64,000 bases of DNA from Escherichia coli (GCF_030384885.1 NZ_CP128613.1); one strand, 5' to 3'. Numbered from the stretch's first letter, positions 27,005 through 40,991 are shown. Program-made: numbers and translations. The notes: generated by a model not told the origin, from the letters alone.

Positions 27005-28525
27005 TTAGTGGTAGCCCATCAACTGAGCACCGATAACCACGACGCTGGACATAATAAACAGCAGTCCAAGCAGTGTCGCGCCCACCTTCAGCCAGTTACG
27101 GAAGTCCACCCGACAAACACCGAGCGTTGCCATTAACGAAGCTGAGGTCGGGTAAATGATGTGACTGAAGCCATCACCAAACTGGAACGCCAGCACGGTA
27201 ACCTGACGGTTAACACCGACCAGATCGCCAAGCGGTGCCAGTAACGGCATGGTTAACGCCGCCTGACCAGAACCGGATGTCACGAAGAAATTAAATATCG
27301 CCTGGAAGAGCAACATAAACCAGGCTGCAACTGCGTTATCCAGACCGCTAATGGCATTGGCAATGCTGTTTAGAATGGTATTTAACACACTGGCATCACC
27401 TGCTTCACCGTTACCGACCAGCAACAAAATCCCTTTGGCGAAACCCACCAGTAGGGCAGGGGCGATCATCATTCGCGCCCCTTCGGTGAAGGATGATGCC
27501 ATGGTATTAACCGTCATACCGTTTAGGCGGAAAACAACGCCGATGATGCCAATTACTAGCCCCATCGTGAAGAACTGGCTGGCTATTTCTGGAATAAACC
27601 AGGCATTGACGATAACGCCCCAAATTACCCAGATCATGACGGCGGTTAAAACAATCAATACCAGCCAGTCACCAAAGGTAAATGGACGCTGTTCTACATC
27701 CGCCTGTTTTTCGCGGAAGAAACGATCGGACTCATGAACGCGTGACAACAGCGGATTCTTTTTCACCCGCGAGGCGTACACCATAGTGAAGACCAGACCA
27801 ATCAGAGTAGAGATTACCCATACCACGATGCGCAAACCGGAGCCAGAAAGCACCGGAACACCAGCGATCCCCTGAGCAACAACCACACAAAACGGGTTCA
27901 TCCACGAACTGGCAAAACCGATTTGCGTGGCGATATAAGTCACCAGGACGGTGGTAATACTGTCATAGCCCAGCCGGACCATTAGCGGTGCGATGATAAT
28001 GGCAAAGGCGACGGCCTCTTCCCCCATACCAAATACCGCGCCGCCAAGTGAAAAGAGAATAAACAAGGCAGGGATAAAGAGAATTTCATTCCCGCGTGTA
28101 TGCCGAATAAGTGCCAGGATGCCGTTATCAATGGTTCCTGTACGCATCACGATGCCAAACGCGCCGCCAATCACCAGCATAAACATGATGATGCCAACGG
28201 CTGTCCCGTATTTCGATCCTGAGGTTAATCCTTCAAACGGGAAATTCATCAGGCCCGGGCGTTCATCGCCCGTCGAGAACAGTTGCACGCGGTGATACTC
28301 AGGTTCGCCCGCCTCGTTAGTCAGAATGCGAAATGAGTGCGGATCTACGACTTTGCGTGTTTTTGTTTGACCATCAACCTGATACTGCACTTCCTGACTG
28401 TCAAACATCCCCACCGGAACTACCCTGGTGGCAAGGCTGGTTAAAATAGCAACAAAAAAGATAATCACCAGCGTATCGGGCATTGCCCATCTTCTGGTTG
28501 GTTTGGATTCAGTGATTGCGGACAT
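27005..28525 (-). CDS. yfcC: Putative transporter YfcC (C4-dicarboxylate anaerobic carrier-like family)
   Basis: About 506-aa multi-pass membrane ORF (open to 28546; probable start MSAITESK at 28525); shares a bidirectional terminator with yfcD. Confidence 0.9.
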   Translation of the reverse strand: MSAITESKPTRRWAMPDTLVIIFFVAILTSLATRVVPVGMFDSQEVQYQVDGQTKTRKVVDPHSFRILTNEAGEPEYHRVQLFSTGDERPGLMNFPFEGLTSGSKYGTAVGIIMFMLVIGGAFGIVMRTGTIDNGILALIRHTRGNEILFIPALFILFSLGGAVFGMGEEAVAFAIIIAPLMVRLGYDSITTVLVTYIATQIGFASSWMNPFCVVVAQGIAGVPVLSGSGLRIVVWVISTLIGLVFTMVYASRVKKNPLLSRVHESDRFFREKQADVEQRPFTFGDWLVLIVLTAVMIWVIWGVIVNAWFIPEIASQFFTMGLVIGIIGVVFRLNGMTVNTMASSFTEGARMMIAPALLVGFAKGILLLVGNGEAGDASVLNTILNSIANAISGLDNAVAAWFMLLFQAIFNFFVTSGSGQAALTMPLLAPLGDLVGVNRQVTVLAFQFGDGFSHIIYPTSASLMATLGVCRVDFRNWLKVGATLLGLLFIMSSVVVIGAQLMGYH

Positions 28526-28641
28526 AGCGCAGATATTCCCTTGCACAAAACAAAGTGGTAAGTATGCAAAGTGAGATGGCGCAATTCATTGATGCAGCGC
28601 AGTTAAGCAAGATAATCAGAAAGGATTAATGCAATTTAAGA

Positions 28642-28675
28642 GAATAAAAAACCGGAAATAGTGACTATTTCCGGT
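28642..28675 (-). terminator. Rho-independent terminator after pta
   Basis: On the minus strand a 10-12 bp stem (aaccggaaatag / ctatttccggtt) is followed by TTTTTT; a second hairpin lies at 28683-28705. Confidence 0.85.
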
Positions 28676-28714
28676 TCAGGTATCCGCAGCGCAAAGCTGC
28701 GGATGATGACGAGA

Positions 28715-30859
28715 TTACTGCTGCTGTGCAGACTGAATCGCAGTCAGCGCGATGGTGTAGACGATATCGTCAACCAGTGCGCCACGGGACAGATCGTTAA
28801 CCGGCTTGCGCATACCCTGCAGCATCGGCCCGATGGAGATCAGATCGGCAGAACGTTGTACCGCTTTGTAAGTGGTGTTACCGGTGTTCAGATCCGGGAA
28901 GATGAACACGGTAGCGCGACCAGCAACCGGAGAATTCGGCGCTTTGGATTTCGCAACGTCAGCCATTACCGCAGCGTCGTACTGCAGCGGACCGTCGATC
29001 ATCAGGTCAGGACGTTTTTCCTGCGCCAGACGAGTTGCCTCGCGAACTTTCTCTACGTCGCTACCTGCACCAGAAGTACCGGTGGAGTAGGAGAGCATTG
29101 CAACGCGCGGTTCGATGCCGAAGGCCGCGGCGGAATCAGCGGACTGAATCGCGATTTCTGCCAGCTGTTCTGCGGTCGGATCCGGGTTGATCGCACAGTC
29201 ACCGTAAACGTAAACCTGTTCCGGCAGCAGCATAAAGAACACGGAAGATACCAGGGAGCTACCCGGTGCAGTTTTGATCAGCTGCAGCGGCGGACGAATG
29301 GTGTTTGCGGTGGTGTGAACAGCACCGGAAACCAGACCGTCAACTTCATCCTGCTCCAGCATCAGCGTACCGAGAACCACGTTGTCTTCCAGCTGTTCGC
29401 GGGCAACGGTTTCGGTCATGCCTTTGTTCTTACGCAGTTCAACCAGGCGGCCAACATAGCTTTCGCGAACCACTTCTGGATCGACAATTTCAATGCCAGC
29501 ACCCAGTTCTACGCCCTGAGATGCTGCAACGCGGTTGATCTCAGCCGGGTTACCCAGCAGTACGCAAGTTGCGATACCACGTTCAGCACAGATAGCGGCT
29601 GCTTTAACGGTACGCGGTTCGTCGCCTTCCGGCAGCACGATACGTTTGCCCGCTTTGCGCGCCAGTTCGGTCAGCTGATAACGGAAGGCTGGCGGAGACA
29701 GACGACGGCTGCGCTCAGAGGTGGCAGTCAGAGAGTCAATCCAGTCAGCGTTGATGTAGTTAGCAACGTATTCCTGAACTTTCTCGATACGCTCGTGATC
29801 GTCAACCGGAACTTCGAGGTTGAAGCTCTGCAGGCTCAGAGAAGTCTGCCAGGTGTTGGTATTCACCATAAATACCGGCAGGCCGGTAGCGAAAGCACGT
29901 TCGCACAGTTTGGAAATGCGCGCGTCCATTTCGTAGCCGCCAGTCAGCAGCAGGGCACCGATTTCTACGCCGTTCATGGCAGCCAGGCAAGCTGCAACCA
30001 GTACGTCAGGACGGTCTGCGGAAGTTACCAGCAGAGAACCGGCACGGAAGTGCTCCAGCATGTGCGGAATGCTGCGTGCGCAGAAAGTGACAGATTTCAC
30101 GCGACGAGTGTTGATATCACCTTCGTTGATGATGGTGGCGTTCAGGTGGCGAGCCATATCGATCGCACGGGTCGCGATCAGATCAAAGCTCCACGGCACC
30201 GCGCCGAGAACCGGCAGCGGGCTGGATTCTTGCAGCTTCGCCGGATCAACATTGTTTACTTTTGCTTTGGAAGAGTCGTCGAAAATCTCGGACAGATCCG
30301 GGCGAGTACGACCCTGTTCATCAACCGGTGCGTTCAGTTTGTTAACGATAACGCCAGTGATGTTGGTGTTTTTTGCACCACCGAAGCTGTTGCGAGTCAG
30401 TTCGATACGCTCTTTCAGCTGTTCCGGGGTGTCAGTGCCCTGAGACATAACGAAGACGATTTCCGCGTTCAGCGTTTTAGCAATTTCGTAGTTCAGAGAC
30501 TGGGCAAACTGATGCTTACGTGTCGGGACCAGACCTTCAACCAGAACGACTTCAGCGTCTTTGGTGTTAGCGTGGTAGTTCGCGACGATCTCTTCCATCA
30601 GCACATCTTTCTGATTGCTGGAAAGCAGACCTTCAACGTAGCTCATTTTCAGCGGTTCAGCGGCTGTCGTGGTGGAAGAGTTCGCACGCACGATAGTCGT
30701 GGTCTGATCGGGCGCATCGCCACCGGTACGCGGCTGAGCGATAGGTTTGAAAACGCTCAGACGAACGCCTTTGCGTTCCATTGCACGGATCACGCCAAGG
30801 CTGACGCTGGTCAGACCGACGCTGGTTCCGGTAGGGATCAGCATAATAATACGGGACAC
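28715..30859 (-). CDS. pta: Phosphate acetyltransferase
   Basis: 714-aa ORF starting [22 protein letters not shown]; downstream of ackA on the same strand; strong terminator after the stop. Confidence 0.97.
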   Translation of the reverse strand: MSRIIMLIPTGTSVGLTSVSLGVIRAMERKGVRLSVFKPIAQPRTGGDAPDQTTTIVRANSSTTTAAEPLKMSYVEGLLSSNQKDVLMEEIVANYHANTKDAEVVLVEGLVPTRKHQFAQSLNYEIAKTLNAEIVFVMSQGTDTPEQLKERIELTRNSFGGAKNTNITGVIVNKLNAPVDEQGRTRPDLSEIFDDSSKAKVNNVDPAKLQESSPLPVLGAVPWSFDLIATRAIDMARHLNATIINEGDINTRRVKSVTFCARSIPHMLEHFRAGSLLVTSADRPDVLVAACLAAMNGVEIGALLLTGGYEMDARISKLCERAFATGLPVFMVNTNTWQTSLSLQSFNLEVPVDDHERIEKVQEYVANYINADWIDSLTATSERSRRLSPPAFRYQLTELARKAGKRIVLPEGDEPRTVKAAAICAERGIATCVLLGNPAEINRVAASQGVELGAGIEIVDPEVVRESYVGRLVELRKNKGMTETVAREQLEDNVVLGTLMLEQDEVDGLVSGAVHTTANTIRPPLQLIKTAPGSSLVSSVFFMLLPEQVYVYGDCAINPDPTAEQLAEIAIQSADSAAAFGIEPRVAMLSYSTGTSGAGSDVEKVREATRLAQEKRPDLMIDGPLQYDAAVMADVAKSKAPNSPVAGRATVFIFPDLNTGNTTYKAVQRSADLISIGPMLQGMRKPVNDLSRGALVDDIVYTIALTAIQSAQQQ

Positions 30860-30933
30860 GGTTTATCCTCTTTCGTTACCGCCGGTTTGGCGGGTTACAA
30901 AACAGCACCGCCAGCTGAGCTGGCGGTGTGGAA

Positions 30934-32136
30934 TCAGGCGGTCAAGCGGCAGGCGTCTTGCGCGATAACCAGCTCTTCGTTGGTCGGAATCACAACAGCA
31001 GGGCGGGTGCCTTCTTTGTTGATGAAACCAGATTTGCCGAAACGTGCAGCCAGGTTGCGCTCATGATCAACTTCAAAGCCCAGCACGCCCAGTTTGCCCA
31101 GAGACAGTTCACGAACCATCGCGGCATTTTCACCGATACCACCGGTGAATACAACAGCGTCCAGACGACCATCCATCAGCGCGGTGTAGGCACCGATGTA
31201 TTTCGCCAGACGGTGGCAGTAAACGTCCATTGCGCGCTTCGCGTCTTCTTTTGTCGCGTAGTTGTCTTCAACATAACGGCAGTCGCTGGTGACTTCGGTC
31301 AGACCCAGCAGGCCAGACTCTTTGGTCAGCATTTTGTTGATTGCGTCAACGCTCATGCCCAGAGTGTCGTGCAGGTGGAAGATGATCGCAGGATCGATAT
31401 CGCCAGAGCGAGTACCCATTACCAGACCTTCCAGCGGGGTCAGACCCATAGAGGTGTCAACGCATTTACCGTTGCGGATAGCAGAAACGGAACCACCGTT
31501 ACCCAGGTGGCAGGTGATGATGTTCAGCTCTTCTACCGGTTTGTTCAGCATTTTTGCCGCTTCCTGGGTTACATAGAAGTGGCTGGTGCCGTGCGCGCCG
31601 TAACGACGGATGCCATGCTCTTTGTACAGGTTGTACGGCAGGGCGTAGAGGTAAGACTCTTCCGGCATAGTCTGGTGGAACGCGGTGTCAAATACAGCAA
31701 CGTTTTTGTCTTTCAGCTGAGGGAAAGATTTCAGTGCTTCTTCGATACCGATCAGGTGAGCCGGGTTGTGCAGCGGTGCAAAAGAAGCTGCATCTTTGAT
31801 ACCCTGAATAACAGACTCATCGATCACTACGGAGCTGGTATACTTTTCGCCGCCGTGTACGATACGGTGACCGATAGCGGTCAGCTGCGCAGACAGTTCT
31901 GGTTTTTGTGCCAGAATAGTATTAACGATAAAGTTGAGCGCTTCGCTGTGAGCGGCGCCTGCACCTAAAGCCGCTTCCTGTTTATTGCCGTCCATTTTCC
32001 ATTTGATACGTGCTTCGGGCAGGTGGAAACATTCGGCTAAACCAGAAAGGTACTCTTCACCATTCACTGCATCGATGATTGCAAATTTCAGTGAAGAACT
32101 ACCGCAGTTCAGAACCAGTACTAACTTACTCGACAT
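30934..32136 (-). CDS. ackA: Acetate kinase
   Basis: 400-aa ORF starting [20 protein letters not shown] (ASKHA fold). Confidence 0.97.
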   Translation of the reverse strand: MSSKLVLVLNCGSSSLKFAIIDAVNGEEYLSGLAECFHLPEARIKWKMDGNKQEAALGAGAAHSEALNFIVNTILAQKPELSAQLTAIGHRIVHGGEKYTSSVVIDESVIQGIKDAASFAPLHNPAHLIGIEEALKSFPQLKDKNVAVFDTAFHQTMPEESYLYALPYNLYKEHGIRRYGAHGTSHFYVTQEAAKMLNKPVEELNIITCHLGNGGSVSAIRNGKCVDTSMGLTPLEGLVMGTRSGDIDPAIIFHLHDTLGMSVDAINKMLTKESGLLGLTEVTSDCRYVEDNYATKEDAKRAMDVYCHRLAKYIGAYTALMDGRLDAVVFTGGIGENAAMVRELSLGKLGVLGFEVDHERNLAARFGKSGFINKEGTRPAVVIPTNEELVIAQDACRLTA

Positions 32137-32473
32137 GGAAGTACCTATAATTGATACGTGGCTAAAAAAACGTCAGGGAGCCATAGAGCGTAGCGCATGA
32201 TGACACTGACATTTATGATTAACATCATGCACTGCAAATTTTTTTTGCATGATGGAAGAAATATCTTGAGTCTATGCCATTTTGCGTAATTTTCAGCCAA
32301 TGGCATAATGTATATGAATTTGACGACTCAATGAATATGTACTACTTAGGCCTTCAGGCTGCTAAAGGATACCTGATAGTGGGTATGGAAGACAAAATGT
32401 TTTGAACGTTGTCCCGCTGAGTTGTGAATTTGCACAAATTTTTGAATCTTTATATGTGAAGTTGAGGTGAAGC

Positions 32474-32929
32474 ATGTCAACGCCGGATAATCGTTCTGTT
32501 AATTTTTTTAGCTTGTTTCGCCGGGGACAGCATTACTCAAAGACGTGGCCGCTGGAAAAACGCCTTGCCCCGGTCTTTGTCGAAAATCGCGTTATCAAGA
32601 TGACGCGCTATGCGATCCGTTTTATGCCGCCAATCGCCGTATTTACTCTCTGCTGGCAGATTGCCCTGGGCGGTCAGCTGGGCCCGGCAGTTGCCACTGC
32701 GCTGTTCGCCTTAAGTTTACCCATGCAAGGACTATGGTGGCTGGGCAAGCGTTCTGTAACGCCATTACCTCCTGCAATCCTTAACTGGTTTTATGAAGTT
32801 CGCGGTAAATTGCAAGAGTCTGGACAGGTGTTGGCACCCGTTGAAGGCAAGCCTGATTACCAGGCATTAGCTGACACGCTTAAGCGCGCCTTCAAACAAC
32901 TGGATAAAACTTTCCTTGATGATTTGTAA
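32474..32929 (+). CDS. yfbV: UPF0208 membrane protein YfbV
   Basis: 151-aa ORF with two hydrophobic helices; terminator downstream. Confidence 0.9.
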
Positions 32930-32933
32930 TTGA

Positions 32934-33506
<573 letters not shown>

Positions 33507-33516
33507 GGAGGCCCAT

Positions 33517-34167
33517 GTGCGGTGCAAAGGTTTTCTGTTTGATCTTGATGGAACGCTGGTGGACTCCCTGCCTGCGGTAGAACGGGCGTGGAGCAACTGG
33601 GCCAGACGTCATGGGTTAGCGCCGGAAGAGGTGCTGGCTTTCATTCACGGTAAACAGGCCATCACCTCTTTGCGCCATTTTATGGTGGGCAAATCCGAGG
33701 CAGACATTGCTGCCGAATTTACGCGTCTGGAGCAAATCGAGGCCACGGAAACCGAAGGTATTACCGCACTTCCGGGGGCAGTCGCTTTACTCAATCATCT
33801 GAATAAAGTGGGGATTCCATGGGCCATTGTGACGTCTGGCTCCATGCCCGTAGCGCGAGCGCGCCACAAAATAGCCGGACTTCCCGCGCCAGAGGTGTTT
33901 GTGACCGCTGAGCGGGTGAAGCGCGGAAAACCAGAGCCTGATGCGTATCTCTTAGGCGCGCAATTGTTGGGGCTTGCGCCGCAAGAGTGTGTGGTGGTGG
34001 AAGATGCTCCCGCTGGCGTGCTTTCCGGCCTGGCCGCGGGTTGCCATGTGATTGCAGTTAACGCTCCGACAGATACCCCGCGCCTGAATGAGGTCGATTT
34101 GGTCCTCCACAGTCTGGAGCAAATTACTGTGACCAAACAGCCAAATGGCGATGTTATTATTCAGTGA
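33517..34167 (+). CDS. yfbT: HAD-family sugar-phosphate phosphatase YfbT/HxpA
   Basis: HAD motif I (FLFDLDGTLVDS); probable GTG start at 33517 (216 aa), ORF open from 33472. Confidence 0.9.
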   Translation: MRCKGFLFDLDGTLVDSLPAVERAWSNWARRHGLAPEEVLAFIHGKQAITSLRHFMVGKSEADIAAEFTRLEQIEATETEGITALPGAVALLNHLNKVGIPWAIVTSGSMPVARARHKIAGLPAPEVFVTAERVKRGKPEPDAYLLGAQLLGLAPQECVVVEDAPAGVLSGLAAGCHVIAVNAPTDTPRLNEVDLVLHSLEQITVTKQPNGDVIIQ

Positions 34168-34185
34168 AACACCTGATCATGATTT

Positions 34186-34210
34186 AGCCCCGTCTCGTCG
34201 GGGCTTTTTT
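34186..34210 (+). terminator. Rho-independent terminator after yfbT
   Basis: agccccg-tctcgt-cggggct followed by TTTTTT. Confidence 0.85.
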
Positions 34211-34253
34211 ATGGCAGAATCAAGTCATCCCCCTCAATTAACAAGGATAAGTT

Positions 34254-36086
34254 GTGAACGGTGAATTGATTTGGGTTCTTTCATTACTGGCCGTTGCCAT
34301 CGTCTTGTTTGCGACGGGCAGAGTGCGTATGGATGCGGTCGCTTTGTTTGTTATTGTCGCGTTTGCATTAAGCGGAACGCTGACGGTCCCCGAAGTATTT
34401 TCCGGCTTTTCCGATCCTAACGTTGTCCTGATTGCCGCCTTGTTCATTATTGGCGATGGTTTGGTCCGTACCGGTGTTGCCACCGTAATGGGGACATGGC
34501 TGGTCAAAGTGGCAGGCAACAGTGAAATCAAAATGTTGGTTTTGTTGATGCTGACCGTCGCGGGGCTTGGCGCGTTTATGAGTTCAACCGGCGTTGTCGC
34601 TATCTTTATTCCCGTGGTGTTAAGCGTTGCCATGCGTATGCAAACGTCGCCGTCGCGCCTGATGATGCCGTTAAGTTTTGCCGGGCTGATAAGCGGCATG
34701 ATGACGCTGGTGGCGACGCCGCCGAACCTGGTAGTCAACAGTGAATTGCTGCGTGAAGGCTATCATGGTTTTAGTTTCTTTAGCGTAACACCTATTGGCC
34801 TGGTCGTGCTGGTGCTGGGTATTTTGTATATGTTAGTGATGCGTTTCATGCTGAAAGGGGATACCCAGACCCCACAGCGCGAAGGCTGGACGCGTCGAAC
34901 CTTTCGCGATCTTATCCGTGAATATCGACTGACCGGGCGTGCGCGTCGTCTGGCTATTCGCCCCGGTTCGCCAATGATTGGTCAACGGCTGGACGATCTC
35001 AAATTACGTGAGCGTTATGGCGCTAACGTCATCGGTGTTGAACGCTGGCGTCGTTTTCGTCGCGTTATCGTGAATGTTAACGGGGTTTCTGAATTTCGCG
35101 CGCGTGACGTTTTACTTATTGATATGTCTGCGGCTGATGTCGATCTCCGGCAATTCTGTAGTGAGCAATTGCTGGAGCCGATGGTACTGCGCGGCGAGTA
35201 TTTTTCTGATCAAGCCCTTGATGTGGGCATGGCAGAGATTTCATTAATTCCTGAGTCAGAACTTATTGGCAAATCGGTGCGCGAAATTGGTTTTCGTACC
35301 CGTTACGGACTGAATGTGGTGGGGCTAAAGCGCAATGGCGTGGCGCTGGAAGGTTCGCTGGCGGATGAGCCTCTGCTGCTGGGCGATATCATTCTGGTTG
35401 TGGGTAACTGGAAACTGATTGGTATGCTGGCAAAACAGGGGCGTGACTTTGTGGCGCTGAACTTACCAGAAGAAGTGAGTGAAGCATCGCCAGCACACAG
35501 TCAGGCACCTCATGCCATTTTTTGCCTGGTGTTGATGGTAGCGTTAATGCTTACCGATGAAATCCCTAATCCTGTTGCCGCTATCATCGCCTGCCTGCTG
35601 ATGGGGAAATTCCGTTGTATCGATGCTGAAAGCGCCTATAAATCCATTCACTGGCCGAGCATTATTTTGATCGTTGGGATGATGCCGTTTGCTGTGGCAT
35701 TACAGAAAACGGGAGGTGTCGCGCTGGCGGTGAAAGGGTTGATGGACATTGGCGGCGGTTACGGGCCACATATGATGCTGGGTTGTTTGTTTGTCTTGTC
35801 GGCGGTTATTGGGCTATTTATCTCAAATACCGCGACGGCGGTGTTGATGGCTCCGATTGCGCTGGCTGCTGCCAAAACGATGGGTGTGTCGCCTTATCCA
35901 TTTGCGATGGTCGTGGCGATGGCAGCATCCGCCGCCTTTATGACACCGGTTTCTTCACCTGTTAACACACTGGTTTTAGGCCCGGGAAATTACAGCTTCA
36001 GTGACTTTGTGAAGTTGGGGGTACCGTTCACCATTATCGTGATGGCGGTTTGTGTGGTGATGATCCCGATGCTGTTTCCGTTTTGA
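34254..36086 (+). CDS. yfbS: Putative transporter YfbS (anion-permease type membrane domains with internal TrkA-C-like cytoplasmic domains)
   Basis: 610-aa ORF with GTG start: hydrophobic N- and C-terminal halves flanking a hydrophilic middle region. Confidence 0.9.
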
Positions 36087-36091
36087 CAAGA

Positions 36092-36135
36092 GCCTGATGT
36101 CGCATCCGGCGCTTATTGCCTGATGCGACGCAGAC
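36092..36135. repeat. REP-like palindromic unit between convergent yfbS and yfbR
   Basis: gcctgatgtcgcatccggcgcttattgcctgatgcgacgcag. Confidence 0.7.
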
Positions 36136-36144
36136 TCCGGCTGC

Positions 36145-36744
36145 TTACAGCGGTGAATCCTGGCTAATCTCATCGAGCGAAAGATGGAAGCTGGGAACAA
36201 AGACTTCCATGAAGTAGTCCATCTCCTGGCTGCGGCGCGCTTCAAGCGTCGCTTCCAGTCGCGTTTTTGCCAGCAAGAATTCATTATTTCCCGCCGCGAG
36301 TTCTTCCAGACATTTCAGATATGCACACAGTGCATCTGCCTGTTTCACCAGAGATTTCTCTTCATCGCTGTATGCATGCTCGTCAATTAACGGCGCAAAG
36401 ATATCCCTCAGCTCTTCCGGAACCATATCGACCAGTTTTTGCTGAGCGATTTTTTCAATAGCCTTGTATTCCTGAGCGATTTGCGAATTGAAGTATTTCA
36501 CCGGAGTAGGGAGATCGCCGGTGAGAACTTCTGAGACATCGTGGTACATCGCCAGTAAAGCGATACGTTCGGCGTTGACATTACCGCCAAATTTACGATT
36601 TTTGATAGCTGCCAGCGCATGGGCGACCATCGCTACCTGCAAACTGTGTTCGGACACATTTTCCGTCCGCACGTTGCGCATTAGTGGCCAGCGGTTAATG
36701 AGTTTCAGGCGGGAGAGATGGGCAAAAAAATGGCTCTGTTTCAT
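36145..36744 (-). CDS. yfbR: 5'-deoxynucleotidase YfbR (HD domain)
   Basis: 199-aa ORF with HD-domain His/Asp motifs (SEHSLQVA...YHDVSEV). Confidence 0.93.
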   Translation of the reverse strand: MKQSHFFAHLSRLKLINRWPLMRNVRTENVSEHSLQVAMVAHALAAIKNRKFGGNVNAERIALLAMYHDVSEVLTGDLPTPVKYFNSQIAQEYKAIEKIAQQKLVDMVPEELRDIFAPLIDEHAYSDEEKSLVKQADALCAYLKCLEELAAGNNEFLLAKTRLEATLEARRSQEMDYFMEVFVPSFHLSLDEISQDSPL

Positions 36745-36791
36745 AGTGACCTTACGTATGATGACATCATCAGGTCATTGTGGCGGGATAA

Positions 36792-36818
36792 CACTGCCGG
36801 ATGCAATCTCCGGCAGTG
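36792..36818 (-). terminator. Stem-loop immediately after alaA stop (possible terminator/attenuator before yfbR)
   Basis: 9-10 bp perfect stem cactgccgg(a)...(t)ccggcagtg; weak U-tract. Confidence 0.45.
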
Positions 36819-36827
36819 AAATTAAGA

Positions 36828-38045
36828 TTACAGCTGATGATAACCAGAAAGGAAACGCGCGAACTTACTCAAAGACAGCTCGATATCATCAACACGTGGT
36901 AGCGTGACAATGCGGAAGTGATCCGGCCACGGCCAGTTGAATGCTGTCCCTTGAACCAGCAGGACTTTTTCCTGCAACAGGAAATCCAGCACCATTTTCT
37001 GGTCGTCGTGAATGTTAAAGCGTTTAGCGTCGATTTTCGGGAACATGTACAGCGCACCGCGCGGTTTCACGCAGGAAACGCCCGGAATATCGTTGATCAA
37101 TTCCCACGCACGGTTACGCTGTTCATAAAGACGCCCGCCGGGTGTAATAAATTCACTGATGCTCTGATAACCGCCCAGCGCGGTTTGAATGGCGTGTTGC
37201 GCAGGAACGTTAGCACACAGGCGCATCGAAGCCAGCATTTCCAGACCTTCGATGTAACCTTTAGCGTGTTTTTTCGGCCCGTTCAGCACCATCCAACCCT
37301 GACGGAAGCCCGCAACGCGGTACGTTTTCGACAGTCCGTTAAAGGTTATGGTTAGCAGGTCTGGTGCCATCGCGGCAATTGAGTGATGCTCGGCGTCGTC
37401 ATAGAGAATTTTGTCGTAAATTTCATCGGCGAAGATAATGAGATTATGCTGACGCGCAATCTCCACTATCTCCATTAAAAGCTCTTTGGAATATACCGCG
37501 CCGGTTGGGTTATTTGGGTTGATAATAACGATCCCACGCGTACGAGGCGTAATTTTAGCGCGAATATCATCAAGGTCCGGGAACCAGTCAGAGGATTCAT
37601 CGCAAAGATAATGCACCGCTTTACCGCTGGAGAGCGAAACCGCTGCGGTCCATAGTGGGTAATCAGGTGCAGGAACCAACATTTCGTCCCCGCTGTTCAG
37701 CAATGCCTGCATTGCCTGAACGATAAGCTCCGATACACCATTGCCGATGTAAATATCTTCCACGGTAACATCACGCATGCCACGAGCCTGGTAGTGCTGC
37801 ATGATGGCTTTACGCGCGGAGTAAAGCCCTTTGGAATCGCAATACCCTTGAGCGGTAGGCAGGTTGCGAATCACGTCAACGAGGATTTCATCTGGCGCGT
37901 CAAAACCGAACGGGGCAGGGTTGCCGATGTTCAGTTTCAGTACCTTGTTACCTTCTTCTTCCAGGCGTTTTGCTTCTTTCAGCACCGGACCACGGATGTC
38001 GTAACAGACATTCTCTAATTTGCTGGATTTTTCAATGGGGGACAT
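36828..38045 (-). CDS. alaA: Glutamate-pyruvate aminotransferase AlaA (YfbQ)
   Basis: 405-aa ORF, class I/II aminotransferase fold with PLP-lysine region (FNGLSKTYRVAG). Confidence 0.95.
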   Translation of the reverse strand: MSPIEKSSKLENVCYDIRGPVLKEAKRLEEEGNKVLKLNIGNPAPFGFDAPDEILVDVIRNLPTAQGYCDSKGLYSARKAIMQHYQARGMRDVTVEDIYIGNGVSELIVQAMQALLNSGDEMLVPAPDYPLWTAAVSLSSGKAVHYLCDESSDWFPDLDDIRAKITPRTRGIVIINPNNPTGAVYSKELLMEIVEIARQHNLIIFADEIYDKILYDDAEHHSIAAMAPDLLTITFNGLSKTYRVAGFRQGWMVLNGPKKHAKGYIEGLEMLASMRLCANVPAQHAIQTALGGYQSISEFITPGGRLYEQRNRAWELINDIPGVSCVKPRGALYMFPKIDAKRFNIHDDQKMVLDFLLQEKVLLVQGTAFNWPWPDHFRIVTLPRVDDIELSLSKFARFLSGYHQL

Positions 38046-38961
38046 GAATCTTGACCTTTTTTGCTGTTATCGCCACTCCCTGCCGTGGAAGTCAGCTTAG
38101 AACAATGTACTCCCCCAGGACGGCGTTTTGAAGGTCTGCAGAATAAGATTTTGCAAGAGGGGAAGACTCGATTGTGCTGTTAATAACTTAATAATGGCAA
38201 AATAATGAGGTGTATATGCTTAGTAATTAATGTTATGTAGTGAATTGTTCTGATTCTTAATTGTGAGTGTGGTTTTTTTATCTGTAAGATAATTGTTTGA
38301 AAATGCCTCGTTTAAGAATTCACTAATGAATCGTGATGATGATATTTCCGCATTACGGAGAGTTTAACAGCGTGATGATTTCCGAGGTGTCGTAATGGGT
38401 GCAAGGTGTGAAACTATTGTTAAGCGGGATTAATGAATGAGGATGATGCTAATTAATTATTATTTAATATTCAAAAAGGTTTTGTTGTGCTTATTAATAA
38501 TAGAAGATTACTTTGCCTAACATAACATAACTTTGCATCAGATAATTCGCAATGACCCTTATAAATAAAAGGTTTTTGGGGTAAAATGCTCGCATAAATG
38601 ACGGATCCCTGCTCTTGATGCCGCCTCACCATTGCTGTTTGTACGTGTTCGCGTATGACCAGCGATGCTGCACGAGAGTGGAACAAGGACTCACATTTAC
38701 ATTTATACAAACACGCGCATGTCATAAATACAAAAGAGTGAGTAACTTAATAGATATGCGATTCCTGAAGATATATTCTGTGATCTACTTCAGGCATTAT
38801 AACGGAACAATGTGAGTCGCTTTTTTAGTGCAACTCATATGCATTTTTACTTTCGTCCGGGTTCCGGATGAAACTGCCAGGGAGGCACATTACAAATGGA
38901 ATTGCTTGTTTGTGTGTGCACAGCATTAACCAGCTCAGTACGAGCCGCCAGTAAGTGATAA

Positions 38962-39903
<942 letters not shown>

Positions 39904-39947
39904 TCGACGGACCATAGATAATTTCTAAGACAATAGTGTAAAAACGA

Positions 39948-39985
39948 GCCGCTGGGGGTGTTTTAAACCCCAGCGGCTTTTTTTT
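39948..39985 (+). terminator. Rho-independent terminator after lrhA
   Basis: gccgctgggg...ccccagcggc 10-bp stem followed by TTTTTTTT. Confidence 0.9.
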
Positions 39986-40532
39986 AGTAAAAAGCCTTCC
40001 TCGTATCGTGCAGAACGCACAAAACTGTTCATTTTTCAATCACCAGAGATTCACGTCCCGAACGCACAAATAATCGCCTGAAAAAAATCACCTGCTACAA
40101 TGATGTTAAAAAATACGTAAATTTGTTGCTGCGTTTTTGTTATGGAATGACAAAAGCGTGTCACAGATCAAGAAAATACTCTCTTTTGGGGGGAGGAATC
40201 GACACAAATTCCTGTCAAAATAGACCCGTATTTTTTCCATTGCTTCACAACGGACACGATTCAACAACATCTAATTATCCTGGAGTCGTCAAGGATCTGG
40301 GGTGAAAGGGCATTAAATGCTAATGGTGTTGATATTATGTAAACTAATGTGAAGAAACTTTTGTTAAAGTTGACAAAAGGTTATAGAAAGGAGTAAAAGA
40401 CCACATCAATTAGCTGTATAAAAGAGTTTCTACAGTGATTGTAAGGTTTTTTTTATTCCTCCCCATGAATCGATGTGGCGTCCATCTGCCGTGAAGAGCA
40501 GTGAATCTGGCGCTACTTTTGATGAGTAAGCA

Positions 40533-40976
40533 ATGAGTATGTCAACATCCACTGAAGTCATCGCTCATCACTGGGCATTCGCTATCTTTCTTATCGTTGC
40601 CATTGGCCTGTGTTGCCTGATGCTGGTAGGCGGTTGGTTTTTAGGCGGTCGCGCACGCGCGAGGTCGAAAAACGTTCCGTTTGAATCCGGTATCGACTCG
40701 GTCGGCTCCGCCCGCTTACGCCTGTCCGCCAAGTTTTATCTGGTGGCCATGTTCTTCGTTATCTTCGACGTTGAAGCGCTGTATCTGTTCGCATGGTCAA
40801 CTTCTATCCGCGAAAGCGGCTGGGTAGGCTTTGTGGAAGCTGCAATTTTTATTTTTGTGTTACTGGCAGGTCTGGTTTATCTGGTGCGTATTGGCGCGCT
40901 GGACTGGACGCCCGCGCGTTCACGCCGCGAGCGTATGAACCCGGAAACGAACAGTATCGCTAATCGTCAACGCTAA
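40533..40976 (+). CDS. nuoA: NADH-quinone oxidoreductase subunit A
   Basis: 147-aa membrane ORF, first gene of nuo operon after long leader. Confidence 0.97.
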
Positions 40977-40991
40977 CCGCGAGGCATTAAG

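Noticed and set aside
28661-31066. 801-codon stop-free plus-strand ORF spanning the pta-ackA region
   Set aside because: It is entirely antisense to two well-recognised highly expressed genes. The translation is low-complexity (Arg/Gln/Val/Phe-rich) with no start context. This looks like the antisense shadow of strongly codon-biased genes, not a gene.
38471-38815. Two overlapping short ORFs (84 aa minus, 66 aa plus) in the AT-rich lrhA upstream region
   Set aside because: No convincing Shine-Dalgarno, Cys/His-rich odd composition, and opposite-strand overlap; more likely chance ORFs in regulatory DNA. The region itself is reported as a finding.
40123-40305. 60-aa ORF in the nuo leader
   Set aside because: Begins with TTG, has no ribosome-binding site, and lies in a known multi-promoter regulatory region.
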